A stretch of 64,000 bases of DNA, taken from the NCBI GenBank assembly GCA_050298055.1, contig JBNKTL010000008.1:1-64000 (forward strand), read 5' to 3'. Below the pieces are notes generated by a model that was not told the DNA's origin, searched no databases, and was given only the letters and a program-made list of their open reading frames with translations. Source of the stretch: Spirochaetota bacterium. GTDB lineage: Bacteria > Spirochaetota > UBA4802 > UBA5550. Below are positions 30,711-40,471 of the stretch, in pieces; positions within the stretch are counted from its first letter, which is position 1; every line of letters starts with the position of its first letter. The translations under genes and the position numbers were made by a program.

Positions 30711-31532
30711 ATGGAAGAGGCGGATAGAGCTGTATTCATTACCGGCGGTGCAAGCGGAATCGGTAAGTCCCTTGCCCAGCAGTATATTAAAAAAGGCCAC
30801 AGCGTGGTAATCTTTGATATCAATCCCGGGACGAAGGTCATAAGAGAATTGAATTCCCTCTGTACTGATGAAGAACAGAGGGTAACCGGGCACAAGCTGG
30901 ATATCCGGAAAGCCTCCGAGGTTAAAAAAGCGGTAAACAGGGCAGTGAAGGAACTGGGCAGACCCTGCCGGGCCATAAACTGCGCGGGGGTCCAGCGGGC
31001 CGACATCTTTGAGGAATCAAAAGAGGAGGACTACAGGTTTGTTGTTGAGACAAACCTCTTCGGAAGCCGGAACTTTGCGGCGGCTGTCATACCCCATATG
31101 AAGGAGGGCGCAAAGCTTGCCTTTGTCTCATCCCTTGCCGGCATAGTATCAAACTATACTTATGCCGCGTACAGTTCATCAAAGTTCGGTGTGGTCGGGC
31201 TTGCGGGGGTCCTTCGTATTGAGCTTAAGCCGAAAGGGATAGGTGTCTCCGTTATCTGTCCCCCTGAAATTATAACACCCCTGGTTGAAAAGCAGCTTAA
31301 AACAATGCATCCTGTAACCAGGAAACTGAAAAATGTTGCGGGAACACTATCACTGGACAGGGCTTCTGTTTCAATCTGCAGGGACCTGGAAAAGGGCAGG
31401 TTTATGATAGTCCCCGGTTTCAGGGCGAAAATAACCACTCTGCTGAACAGATTCCTTCCCGATTATATAAGGCACTTCATCACGGACCGAATTGTACAAA
31501 AGGTGCTTGCCGGGCTGGATAATGACGGATAG
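30711..31532 (+). CDS. Short-chain dehydrogenase/reductase (KDSR-like)
   Basis: TGGASGIG, NCAG, YSSSK, CPP. Confidence 0.88.
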   Translation: MEEADRAVFITGGASGIGKSLAQQYIKKGHSVVIFDINPGTKVIRELNSLCTDEEQRVTGHKLDIRKASEVKKAVNRAVKELGRPCRAINCAGVQRADIFEESKEEDYRFVVETNLFGSRNFAAAVIPHMKEGAKLAFVSSLAGIVSNYTYAAYSSSKFGVVGLAGVLRIELKPKGIGVSVICPPEIITPLVEKQLKTMHPVTRKLKNVAGTLSLDRASVSICRDLEKGRFMIVPGFRAKITTLLNRFLPDYIRHFITDRIVQKVLAGLDNDG

Positions 31533-32480
31533 CTATTTTTCAACATTGATGTCGATGACTTTGCTTTCCCAGAGGTCCTTTTTCAAACCGGTAGCCGTAA
31601 CCTGAAAGCCTCTTGAGAGGGCCAGTTTCTCCTTTTCCCTGACACTCCAGAAGCCGTTCCCGGTGAGTTTGTCCCTGTCGAGCCATTTGACCCGGTTTAC
31701 CGTGAAAAACGCAACAAGAGTGTCGGTACCTGCCGGTTTGCTTACCGTAATTTCAAAGGTGTCATTCCCGGAGGGTATCCGGTAATGTCTGCCGGCTTCT
31801 ATTTGGTTTGAAGGATGCATATCGTTAGGAAAGAGAATAACAACATCTCCTCCCGGCTGGATATCCACAATTGTCAGGTAGCCGTTCCTGTTGGAACTGA
31901 AATTGAAGACAACCTTTTCACCGATCTTCGTTGTGCCCCTGCTTTCAATTTTTTTCCCGGAAGAGTTTTCTATCCAGAATTTCAGGTCAATCTCCCTGCT
32001 CTCATTTCTGAGGGATTTTAACTTCTCCCGGGCAAGGTGTACCTCAATTCCCGATGCAAGCCTGTCTGCGAGCAAGCTTCCCGCTGCTTTTTCAACTGAT
32101 GCCGCGGTAATGATCTTCTGTGTTTCAATATCAATGACCCGGGCGGATATCCTGTTGCGTGAAATTGTTCCCGTGATCATCAGCTGGAGACCATGGACCT
32201 TCCCTGCCTTTGCCGCTGTTTTTTCATCTACCAGACCGGACTGCCCCAGAACTATCTCTTTGATCAGCTTATCGGTTTCCGCCCTTTCGATGAGATCGAT
32301 AAACCTGTATCCCGCAAGGCCCGATATAATATCCGACAACACCTCTTTTGACCTCTTGCTCCTGCTGTTCCCGGCGGTTGTATCATAGAAAGGCATCACC
32401 CCTGTTCTCAGCCGGCTGCTTTCCGCGTAAGAAGTAAAAGAGAGAATAAGGATGAGTAACAGTATTCCGGGAATTTTCAT
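31533..32480 (-). CDS. Exported CsgG/FlgO-like plus DUF4384 domain protein
   Basis: Signal peptide; LIER...KE..LGQSGLVDEKTAAKAG; GYLTIVDI..GG.V.ILFPN. Confidence 0.7.
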   Translation of the reverse strand: MKIPGILLLILILSFTSYAESSRLRTGVMPFYDTTAGNSRSKRSKEVLSDIISGLAGYRFIDLIERAETDKLIKEIVLGQSGLVDEKTAAKAGKVHGLQLMITGTISRNRISARVIDIETQKIITAASVEKAAGSLLADRLASGIEVHLAREKLKSLRNESREIDLKFWIENSSGKKIESRGTTKIGEKVVFNFSSNRNGYLTIVDIQPGGDVVILFPNDMHPSNQIEAGRHYRIPSGNDTFEITVSKPAGTDTLVAFFTVNRVKWLDRDKLTGNGFWSVREKEKLALSRGFQVTATGLKKDLWESKVIDINVEK

Positions 32481-32863
32481 TTTTGCCCCCCATACTTTTG
32501 ACTAGCTTCATTATCGATGTTCCTTATTTCAGCATGAAGGCCTTTCTCCTTCATGGCTTTTAATGCCTTTGCCTTAAGCTGAACGGCCTCGTTATAGTCT
32601 GCTTCCGCTTTTTTAAAAAGTTTTTCGTTTTCAGGGGTTTTACTGCTTTGGAACTTCATTTGAGCATTTTTAAGTTCTCTCTCTTTCTGGTAGAGGTTAT
32701 TGGTACATGATTTATAGACAAATTTTCTTTTATCAGCATCGGTGAAGCCAACAACCATGAATACAACTACGGCCATAAAGCCCATGGTTATTACAACAAG
32801 TATGATCCTGACAAGCCTGGCAAATTCCCTTCTCTTCACCGGGTCTGTGGGTACAAGGTCCAT
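32477..32863 (-). CDS. Hypothetical single-TM coiled-coil protein
   Basis: ORF with SD GGAGG; ATGA overlap with the downstream gene. Confidence 0.65.
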   Translation of the reverse strand: MDLVPTDPVKRREFARLVRIILVVITMGFMAVVVFMVVGFTDADKRKFVYKSCTNNLYQKERELKNAQMKFQSSKTPENEKLFKKAEADYNEAVQLKAKALKAMKEKGLHAEIRNIDNEASQKYGGQK

Positions 32864-33136
32864 TTATATCCTCCGAATTGAACGAGATTGTATTAACAAT
32901 AACCGGTTATTATGAAATGATGTCAACTATTAATAGCCAAGAGACGGTAACAACCGGTCTGCATATTCTGTACCATTTTGGCTTTTTTCTTCGGAAGATA
33001 ATTTGCTCGATCGGGTAGTGCTTGAACTCTATTACAGGTTCGGTTTTTGGGGAGAGCGGAAGACCCATGGACTCGGATGTTATATTAAATTTTTAGCGGT
33101 TAAACGGGATGAGCGTAAATAACCGCTTACAAACCA

Positions 33137-33250
33137 TCAGAGCTTGTTCAGGATATCATCCTCCTGCTTCCTGTTAAGCCGGTAGCTGCCGCCCAGAAGG
33201 AGAGCAACAGCAAGTATTATAAGAAAAATTGTAACGAGATGTAGATCCAT
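33137..33250 (-). CDS. Putative 37-aa small membrane protein
   Basis: MDLHLVTIFLIILAVALLLGGSYRLNRKQEDDILNKL; SD-like AAGGTG upstream; too short for the ORF track. Confidence 0.45.
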   Translation of the reverse strand: MDLHLVTIFLIILAVALLLGGSYRLNRKQEDDILNKL

Positions 33251-33458
33251 TAAAGCACCTTTAATGTGACATAAGATATTTTACAGAACAAAGTAATAAT
33301 GGGCAGGGTAAAAGTCAAGTGGCAGAGAAAAAAAAAGGAAAAAAAATTTATAATAATGAGGGCATTTGTTGTAGTATTGTACAGTTTTTTAACTCTGATA
33401 ATTGTTATAATAATTCCTTGACAGGAGGAAGCAACAGTAAATAGTAACGATATAAAAT

Positions 33459-33531
33459 GCGCCCGTAGCTCAATGGATAGAGCGTCGGACTTCGAATCCG
33501 TGCGTTGGAGGTTCGAATCCTCCCGGGCGTG
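33459..33531 (+). tRNA. tRNA-Arg(UCG)
   Basis: Acceptor GCGCCCG/CGGGCGT, anticodon loop CTTCGAA, T arm GGAGG-TTCGAAT-CCTCC; CCA not encoded. Confidence 0.95.
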
Positions 33532-33684
33532 CATTTTTTTAACCTGTTATACGGGACCCTTTCTTTAATATTTCAGAATTTACTGGAAAATCATTGTAAC
33601 CATTGCATAAGTTAAATAATCTTAACATTGAGGTAACTGATCGGCCATGTATGAAAATAATCTAATTCGATAAAATGATTACTG

Positions 33685-33719
33685 ATGTGTCCCCGCCGCC
33701 CAGAGCGGCGGGGACACAT
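33685..33719. repeat. REP-like palindrome family A, copy 2
   Basis: ATGTGTCCCCGCCGC-CCAGA-GCGGCGGGGACACAT. Confidence 0.9.
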
Positions 33720-33753
33720 TATTTATAGTGTAGTCAATGAAAGGAATAGAATC

Positions 33754-34056
33754 ATGAATGTCATAATGGATTTATGTGTTGTGCCCATGGGAGTGGGTGT
33801 TTCGGTTTCAAAATATATTGCCGCGTGCGAGGAGGTTCTTAAAGACTCGGGCCTGAAGACCGCTCTCCATGCCTACGGGACAAATATTGAGGGTGAATGG
33901 GACGATGTCATGGCTTCGGTGAAAAAATGTCATGAGAAGGTCCATGAGATGGGGGCGCCGAGAATTACCACAACAATTAAACTGGGGACCCGTACTGACA
34001 GGGAACAGTCCATGGAAGATAAAATCGAGAGTGTTAACAGAAAAATCCGCAGGTAA
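33754..34056 (+). CDS. MTH1187/YqgV thiamine-binding family protein (DUF77)
   Basis: VVPMG.G.SVSKYIA...HAYGTNIEGEWD...RITT.IK..TR.D; SD AAGGA. Confidence 0.9.
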   Translation: MNVIMDLCVVPMGVGVSVSKYIAACEEVLKDSGLKTALHAYGTNIEGEWDDVMASVKKCHEKVHEMGAPRITTTIKLGTRTDREQSMEDKIESVNRKIRR

Positions 34057-34069
34057 GCTCACGGAATCA

Positions 34070-34885
34070 ATGATGAAACCTGAAAAACTCTACATATACG
34101 AGATAGAGGGAATTTTGAATCCCCGGAGAAACAGTATGGGAGAGAGTTTCATGGGATGCTGGAACGAGGCGGGACACTCCTACCTCTTCTTTTCTTCACC
34201 GGGGAAGGTCCTGGTTGATGAGATTATCGGGTCCCGGGATGATCTCAATCTTGCAGGTGAAATCGAGATGGACTATGAGGACTGGGAACCTGAAGACGCA
34301 TTTATCCCCTTTGAAATACCTCCGCTGAGATTTGTTCCCCCCTGGATGGACCCGGGTGAAGGGATGATGAAAACCGTGAGTATCGATCCCGGTGTTGTCT
34401 TCGGCGCGGGGACCCACAGCACTACCTTCAAATGCATTGAGTTCCTGGTTGATCTCATGGAGAGGCAGTGTATAGATACAGTCCTTGATCTCGGTACGGG
34501 GACAGGGATTCTCGCTGTGTCCGCCGCACTGCTGGGGGCCGGTGATGTAACGGCAGTGGACAACAACAATCTCGCAGTTGAAACTGCCGGGAGAAATGTT
34601 GAATTAAATAAGCTGGGTCATGTTGTTCGATGTGAAACAGGGGACGCGTCAGGTTACATGGAGACCGGTGCGGATCTTGTCCTGGCCAATATCATAGCCT
34701 GGAAGCTTACGGAGATGTTCATGGCTGGGAGAAAACTTGCCGCCCGGTATTATATCATTTCCGGGATCAGGGAGTCCCAGCTGGGGGAAATCCTGGAAAC
34801 TCTTTACCCTCACAACCTGGAGGTCTTAAAAACAGAAACGGACAACTCCTGGAGCACACTTCTTTTAAAGAACAGGCTTATATAA
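34070..34885 (+). CDS. prmA: Ribosomal protein L11 methyltransferase-like SAM methyltransferase
   Basis: IDPGVVFGAGTHSTT, VLDLGTGTGILA, LVLANI, IISGI; divergent N-terminus. Confidence 0.7.
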   Translation: MMKPEKLYIYEIEGILNPRRNSMGESFMGCWNEAGHSYLFFSSPGKVLVDEIIGSRDDLNLAGEIEMDYEDWEPEDAFIPFEIPPLRFVPPWMDPGEGMMKTVSIDPGVVFGAGTHSTTFKCIEFLVDLMERQCIDTVLDLGTGTGILAVSAALLGAGDVTAVDNNNLAVETAGRNVELNKLGHVVRCETGDASGYMETGADLVLANIIAWKLTEMFMAGRKLAARYYIISGIRESQLGEILETLYPHNLEVLKTETDNSWSTLLLKNRLI

Positions 34886-35016
34886 ATATTATTTGTTTTA
34901 TTCAGGGAAAATTTATTTGAAATTTAGAAAATTAAGGGGAATAATTCCTTTTATTATAGAAAAAAATTTGAAAGTTGATTTGCCGGCGGTTCATACCCGT
35001 CCGGTAAGCAGGATTA

Positions 35017-38000
35017 ATGATGAAAAAATACCGCGTAGGTTTTGATATAGGGACAGATTCCATTCACTCTCTTGTTCTTGACACTGAAGGAGAACCTGTC
35101 TCTTCCCCGGAGACTCTCTTTCATTTTGGCAACCCGGTAGAGGCACTGCAGGACCTCTATTCGGACATTATTGACGAATTCGGTTATGATAATATAGAAA
35201 CAGTGGCCTTTACAGGGAGCGGGGGAAGTTTCATCGCCGAGGCCCTGGGCGCCCCCTTTACTCACGACACCATTACTATTCCGGAAGGGATGCACTGCAT
35301 AGAGCCGGAAGCTGATTATGTATTTCATATAGGGGCAAAGGACGCCTACTATTTTGAAATGGAGAGAGTAAACTCCGGTAACGGCAGGAAGGTCTTTACG
35401 CCGGACCACAGCACGGGGACAAAGTGCGGGGGGGGAAGCGGTATTCTCATTACAAAGCAGTGCCGCAGATTTTTTGAAAATCTCTTCCCCGTAAAGCTTG
35501 ACGGCAGCAGAAAGAAGAACCGGCTGATCATGCAGGAGAGGCTTGAGAAGGTATACGGGCGCGCGGAAGAGGAGATGAGCGAGGCCGGTAAAGAACTGAG
35601 TGTGGGGGGCAGGTGCGGAGTTGTTATTCAGTCGGATATGATCCATCTCCAGAACAGGGGTGAAAGTATCAAAAACATCCTCAACGGCATGTACAGAAGG
35701 GTCATAAAAAATTACCGTACCGATGTACTGAAGACCAGAACCTTTAAAAGCGGCCTCAAAGGTGCGGTATCCGGGGGCATCTTCAGGAACAGGCTCCTTG
35801 TGGAAATGCTGAGAGATGAACTGGGTATCGAGATAATCGTTCCTGAACATCTTGAAGCTGCCGGGGCCCTGGGCGCACTCCTCAAGGCGGGAAAGAAGAA
35901 ATTCAGGTTTCGTCCGGAAGACCTTAATGAAGCGGCAGGCAGGGAGAGGGGCAGGGTCGAATTTGCCCCTTCACTGCGGAGTTCTCTGAAAAGTGTGAAG
36001 ATCTACCCGGAAGATACGGTTGAAGCTCTCAGGGAGGACCTCAGGCTCTATATCACGGAGAACGGCAGGATACGGGACGTGGTCATCGGACTTGACGGCG
36101 GCTCAACAACCACGAAAGCGATCATTGCCGAGACGGGCACATTGAAAATTATCGGGGAGATATGCCTCTCTACAAACGGAAAGCCGCTGCAGACAGCGCA
36201 GGAGATATTCAGACAGGTAAACCTCTACCTGGGCGAGAGGATAAATATTAAAGGGATCGCCTATACGGGCTCTTCGGGATCATTCTACCACAGGCTCTTC
36301 ACCGATACCGGCAGGGAGAGAGAGATTAAGGACGTGGACATGGTCAAGGATGAGATAACCTGCCATGCCCTGGGTGTCAGGAACTACAACAGTGACGTTG
36401 ATACGGTCTTTGAACTGGGAGGACAGGATGCAAAGTTCACCCTCTTTAACGGTGATGGCAGCGTAAAAAAATCGAAGATGAACCTGAGCTGCATGGCGGG
36501 GACCGGCCAGACAATGCAGAACATGGTGGAGATGCTTGGCCTTGATATAAATTCCTCATTCCACCAGTTTGCCCTGAGCGCTGAAAGGACCCCCGTTGTT
36601 GACGATACCTGCGGCGTTTTCACCGAGGCGGGTATTGCCAAACTCATAGCCCTGGGCTTTCCCCGGGAGGAAGTTGCCGCTGCCATTGTTTACGGTTTCA
36701 TGGGCGGGTATGTGAACAAGTTCATCGGTAACGAACAGTTTGGGGACTTTGCGTCCGCCCAGGGGGGGCCCTTTAACGGCGAATCGTGCCTTGCCGCCCT
36801 TGCCATGCTTACGGGGATGAAGATCCATGCCTTTCCCCACAGGCAGCTCTTCGGCGCCCTTGGTGCGGCAATTGCCGTGAACAACGAGATTGAACAGTGC
36901 ATTAGGGAAGGGATTGGATATACAAGCAGGTTCAGAGGGCTTGAGATATACAAAACCGAATTCAAGCCGGGAATAAAGCAGTGCAACAGCCTTATAAAGG
37001 ACTCATGCGGGGTTAAGGACTGTGTGCTCCAGGTGTTTCATGTCGACGGGGACCCTGTCTATTCCGGCGGGGCGTGTCCCAAAGGGAATTCAGGCTCAAG
37101 CAGGGATAAGGCCCCCAACTATGTAGATTTATACCGGAGAATACTGGAGAAGCACCTTGCCAGGTTTTCCTCTGATCTGGATAATCCGAAAGAAAGGGAG
37201 AGGGTGCTGATACCGAGGAGTCTTACCTTTCTCAACGAAAAAGGTGTCTATTATACCGCCTTTTATCACAGCCTGGGATTTGATGTTGCCGTATCACCCC
37301 CTTCCGATGATGAAATCGTTGAGGAGGGGATAAAGGCTTCTCATTCGGAAACATGTTTCCCGGTCAAACTTGCCCATGGCCATGCAGCCAGACTGAAAAA
37401 AAAGATGAGACCGGGGCGTGATAAGATACTTCTTCTGAACGCGCTGGGTGTGGGGTCAACCCGCTTCTGTCCCTATGTGGCCGGAGACGGTTTTCTCACA
37501 AAGGAGGCATTAAAGATTGACAACAGCCAGGCGCTTCTTCCTGTTCTTCATTTCGAGAACCCGGACCACAGGGTAGACAGGACCCTGTTCAATGACCTTA
37601 AAAGGGTGTTCGGTTCACGGTTCGGCATGAAGCAGGTAAAGAGCGCACTTGAAAAGGCCGAAGAGGCGGAGAAGGAGTTTCTTGATGAGATACAGAACAC
37701 CGGTGAGAAGATCGTCGCATCCCTCAAAAAAAAGAATGAGAATATCTATATCGCCATAGGGAGGGGATACACCATCTTTGATGATATGGCAAGCTCAAAG
37801 ATCCATGAACTCTTTGCTTCCAACGGTATGCATTTTCTCCCCTCGTTTTTCCTGAAAAACCCCGACTATGATATCGAAGAGATATCGGAGAACATGTACT
37901 GGTACCAGGGGAAAAGGATTATCAATTACAGCCTGATGACAGCTATGGACCCGGACATGTTTCCGGTGCGGGAGACCAACTTCAACTGCGGGACCGATTC

Positions 38001-39468
38001 CATGATCACCTATCATGAGGAATATATTCTCAACAAGGCGGAGAAGCCGCACCTTATTCTCCAGACGGACGGCCATTCAAGCAACGCGCAGTTCGGGACC
38101 AGGGCCCTGGCCAACAACGAGGTTGTGAAGGATTACAGTCACAAAACCCTGGAGAAGAAGGACTTTCTCAGGGGTGTGAACCATCCCCGGATTGATAAGA
38201 GGATCGTGGGGATTCCCTATATGGGCGAAAACGCCTATATGGTCGCCGCATCACTGAGGGCCATAAACATTGAGTCGGAGGTGATGAAGACCCGCACGGA
38301 GAATTCCGCACGGCTTGCCAGGAAGTTTGTCACCTCCAACGCATGCAGTCCCTTTTCATTCCAGGTTGGCGATTGTCTTGCCTGGCTCTATGAACTGCAG
38401 GAGAGGGGGATCGATCCCAATACCCGGGCATCGGTTTTCCAGCCCATGGCCAAGGGGCCGTGCCGGTTCGGGCAGTACTATGTTCTCCTGAGAAACTTTA
38501 TCGATGAAAACGGTTTTCCCGGCGTGGGAATACTCAGCCCCGACAGTGATAAAGATTATTCCAATATTCCCGTTAACAGCGAGGACATGTCGAGGCTTAT
38601 CCGCATCTACTTCAAGGGAACATTCTGCAACGACCTGCTGGAAGATTCCCTTCTCAGGGTGAGGCCCTACGAAAAGGACCCCGGTTCCGCGGAAAATCTC
38701 TACAGGGAGCTTGCTCCCGGTCTGGTGGCACTCATTGAAGCGGGGGCGGAAACCGAAAAACTGGTGAACTTCATGAGGGAAGCCGCTCCCCGTTACTGGG
38801 AGCTTATGGATAGATCTCATAAGAGAAAACCCCTGGTGGTTATGAACGGTGAAATATTCGTCAGGTCACACCCGGAAGCCAACCAGCATTCCATAAAACT
38901 CCTGGAGAAATACGGGCTTGAGGTGAAGCTTGCGTCCCTCAACCAGTGGTTTGAGTATACCAATAAAAAATCCATACGACAGTACAGAAAATCCCATGAA
39001 TGGAAAAACATGCTCAAGGCTACAATTAAAAGACAATACATGAGAATGACCGGTGAAAAACTTTCGGCCCCCTTCCGGGAACTCCTGGAAGGGAGGGAAG
39101 GGCATGATACCGATCATATGATCAGCTGCGCCCAGGAGGCCCTGATCTATGACAAGCTGATCACCGGTGAATCTCCCCTCACCATCGGGGAAGCGCACCT
39201 CTTTACCAGGGGGGAACTCCACGGGATTTCCGGTATTTATCATGTGGGCCCCTTCGGGTGCATGCACGAAACAGCTGCAACATCGCAGATCCAGTCACTT
39301 ACCCAGAAACAGAGGACGGAGGCCGTATCAATTAATGACAGGATCATTCCCTTCATGGATGCTGTTTTCGGTGATTCCGAGCTCTCGAACCTTGAAGCGG
39401 AGATTGCCGCCTTTGCGGAAAAGTGTTATATAAAACAGGAGATCTCATTGAGGGAGAACCGGAACTGA
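35017..39468 (+). CDS. Acyl-CoA dehydratase activase fusion (2x BcrAD/BadFG ATPase + DUF2229 + dehydratase-like domains)
   Basis: GFDIGTDS, CGGGSG, GLDGGSTTTK, GGQDAK, CMAGTG, CFPVKLAHGH, GPCRFGQY, PFGCM. Confidence 0.88.
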   Translation: MMKKYRVGFDIGTDSIHSLVLDTEGEPVSSPETLFHFGNPVEALQDLYSDIIDEFGYDNIETVAFTGSGGSFIAEALGAPFTHDTITIPEGMHCIEPEADYVFHIGAKDAYYFEMERVNSGNGRKVFTPDHSTGTKCGGGSGILITKQCRRFFENLFPVKLDGSRKKNRLIMQERLEKVYGRAEEEMSEAGKELSVGGRCGVVIQSDMIHLQNRGESIKNILNGMYRRVIKNYRTDVLKTRTFKSGLKGAVSGGIFRNRLLVEMLRDELGIEIIVPEHLEAAGALGALLKAGKKKFRFRPEDLNEAAGRERGRVEFAPSLRSSLKSVKIYPEDTVEALREDLRLYITENGRIRDVVIGLDGGSTTTKAIIAETGTLKIIGEICLSTNGKPLQTAQEIFRQVNLYLGERINIKGIAYTGSSGSFYHRLFTDTGREREIKDVDMVKDEITCHALGVRNYNSDVDTVFELGGQDAKFTLFNGDGSVKKSKMNLSCMAGTGQTMQNMVEMLGLDINSSFHQFALSAERTPVVDDTCGVFTEAGIAKLIALGFPREEVAAAIVYGFMGGYVNKFIGNEQFGDFASAQGGPFNGESCLAALAMLTGMKIHAFPHRQLFGALGAAIAVNNEIEQCIREGIGYTSRFRGLEIYKTEFKPGIKQCNSLIKDSCGVKDCVLQVFHVDGDPVYSGGACPKGNSGSSRDKAPNYVDLYRRILEKHLARFSSDLDNPKERERVLIPRSLTFLNEKGVYYTAFYHSLGFDVAVSPPSDDEIVEEGIKASHSETCFPVKLAHGHAARLKKKMRPGRDKILLLNALGVGSTRFCPYVAGDGFLTKEALKIDNSQALLPVLHFENPDHRVDRTLFNDLKRVFGSRFGMKQVKSALEKAEEAEKEFLDEIQNTGEKIVASLKKKNENIYIAIGRGYTIFDDMASSKIHELFASNGMHFLPSFFLKNPDYDIEEISENMYWYQGKRIINYSLMTAMDPDMFPVRETNFNCGTDSMITYHEEYILNKAEKPHLILQTDGHSSNAQFGTRALANNEVVKDYSHKTLEKKDFLRGVNHPRIDKRIVGIPYMGENAYMVAASLRAINIESEVMKTRTENSARLARKFVTSNACSPFSFQVGDCLAWLYELQERGIDPNTRASVFQPMAKGPCRFGQYYVLLRNFIDENGFPGVGILSPDSDKDYSNIPVNSEDMSRLIRIYFKGTFCNDLLEDSLLRVRPYEKDPGSAENLYRELAPGLVALIEAGAETEKLVNFMREAAPRYWELMDRSHKRKPLVVMNGEIFVRSHPEANQHSIKLLEKYGLEVKLASLNQWFEYTNKKSIRQYRKSHEWKNMLKATIKRQYMRMTGEKLSAPFRELLEGREGHDTDHMISCAQEALIYDKLITGESPLTIGEAHLFTRGELHGISGIYHVGPFGCMHETAATSQIQSLTQKQRTEAVSINDRIIPFMDAVFGDSELSNLEAEIAAFAEKCYIKQEISLRENRN

Positions 39469-39499
39469 TCCCGGAGTCACTGAGAGGAGAGGCCGGTCA

Positions 39500-40204
39500 A
39501 TGGATGAAAAAGATGACCTCATGAAGCTTGCGGGCTTCATAATAAACAGGACAACTAAATCTGACCTCAGGACCATACTCGACGCGTTCCGGTACAGGGT
39601 CGGCGGCAGTGAAGGGAGCAATCCTCTATCGGACCACCGGCTTGCAGGGAAAAATGATCTCAAATGGGCCGTTGATTATATCACCCGGAGGATGTCACCC
39701 GGTGAAATTGAACTGGTAAAGGGCGCCATTGAACGGAGGGTGGAACGGGAGACCGCTCCCTCTCTCAAACCTTCCACAGGAGGGGACCACGGGGCCTCTG
39801 ATATTATCAACAGCCTCCAGAAACAGATGGACGGGATTGCGGATTCTATCCGTAAGACCACCAGGATGGTCGCCGCGGACCTGATCCTCACCAGTGTTCC
39901 CGACATTCCCGATGAACACCTGCAGGTTCTCCTGGACGAATGGGTCCCGGTAACGGAAACATATAAGTTGGGGAGGCAGATACCCCCGGAACTCATGTAC
40001 ACCATGGTCGACCAGTTTGTGGCATACGGGCTCGGGAAGATTCCGGAGGAGGAACTGGAGGATTTTCCCGAAGGGTGGGCAACAAAGTACTGGGAGACTT
40101 TCCCCGAGTACATAAAACGGTATACGGGACTTCTCCTCCTCGGGAAGATAGAAGGGGACCTCTTCTGGAAGAAGATCGCGGAGTACCTGAAGGTTAAGAT
40201 ATAA
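39500..40204 (+). CDS. Hypothetical protein
   Basis: ORF with SD GGAGAGG directly downstream of the activase gene. Confidence 0.7.
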   Translation: MDEKDDLMKLAGFIINRTTKSDLRTILDAFRYRVGGSEGSNPLSDHRLAGKNDLKWAVDYITRRMSPGEIELVKGAIERRVERETAPSLKPSTGGDHGASDIINSLQKQMDGIADSIRKTTRMVAADLILTSVPDIPDEHLQVLLDEWVPVTETYKLGRQIPPELMYTMVDQFVAYGLGKIPEEELEDFPEGWATKYWETFPEYIKRYTGLLLLGKIEGDLFWKKIAEYLKVKI

Positions 40205-40471
40205 CAGACCGGCGCTCAGATATCTTCGGCATTTATTTTTTCATACCAGCCGATTAATTATTATGCCTAAATAAATTACAGTAATTGACAAGATCCACTG
40301 TTTATATTAAAAGTTCAGTATTAATTCCTGAACTTCATCTATTACTCTGCAACTGAAATAGATTAGAGGGAATTTTATGGTTGTTAATTATGTGTAAATG
40401 CAAAGAAGCAGTTGAAATAATTATTAATACTCTGTGCCTCTGTGGCAGATTTAAAAATTTAGGATAAAACC

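Noticed and set aside
33250..33534. 94-aa minus-strand ORF
   Set aside because: Antisense to tRNA-Arg and an AT-rich promoter region
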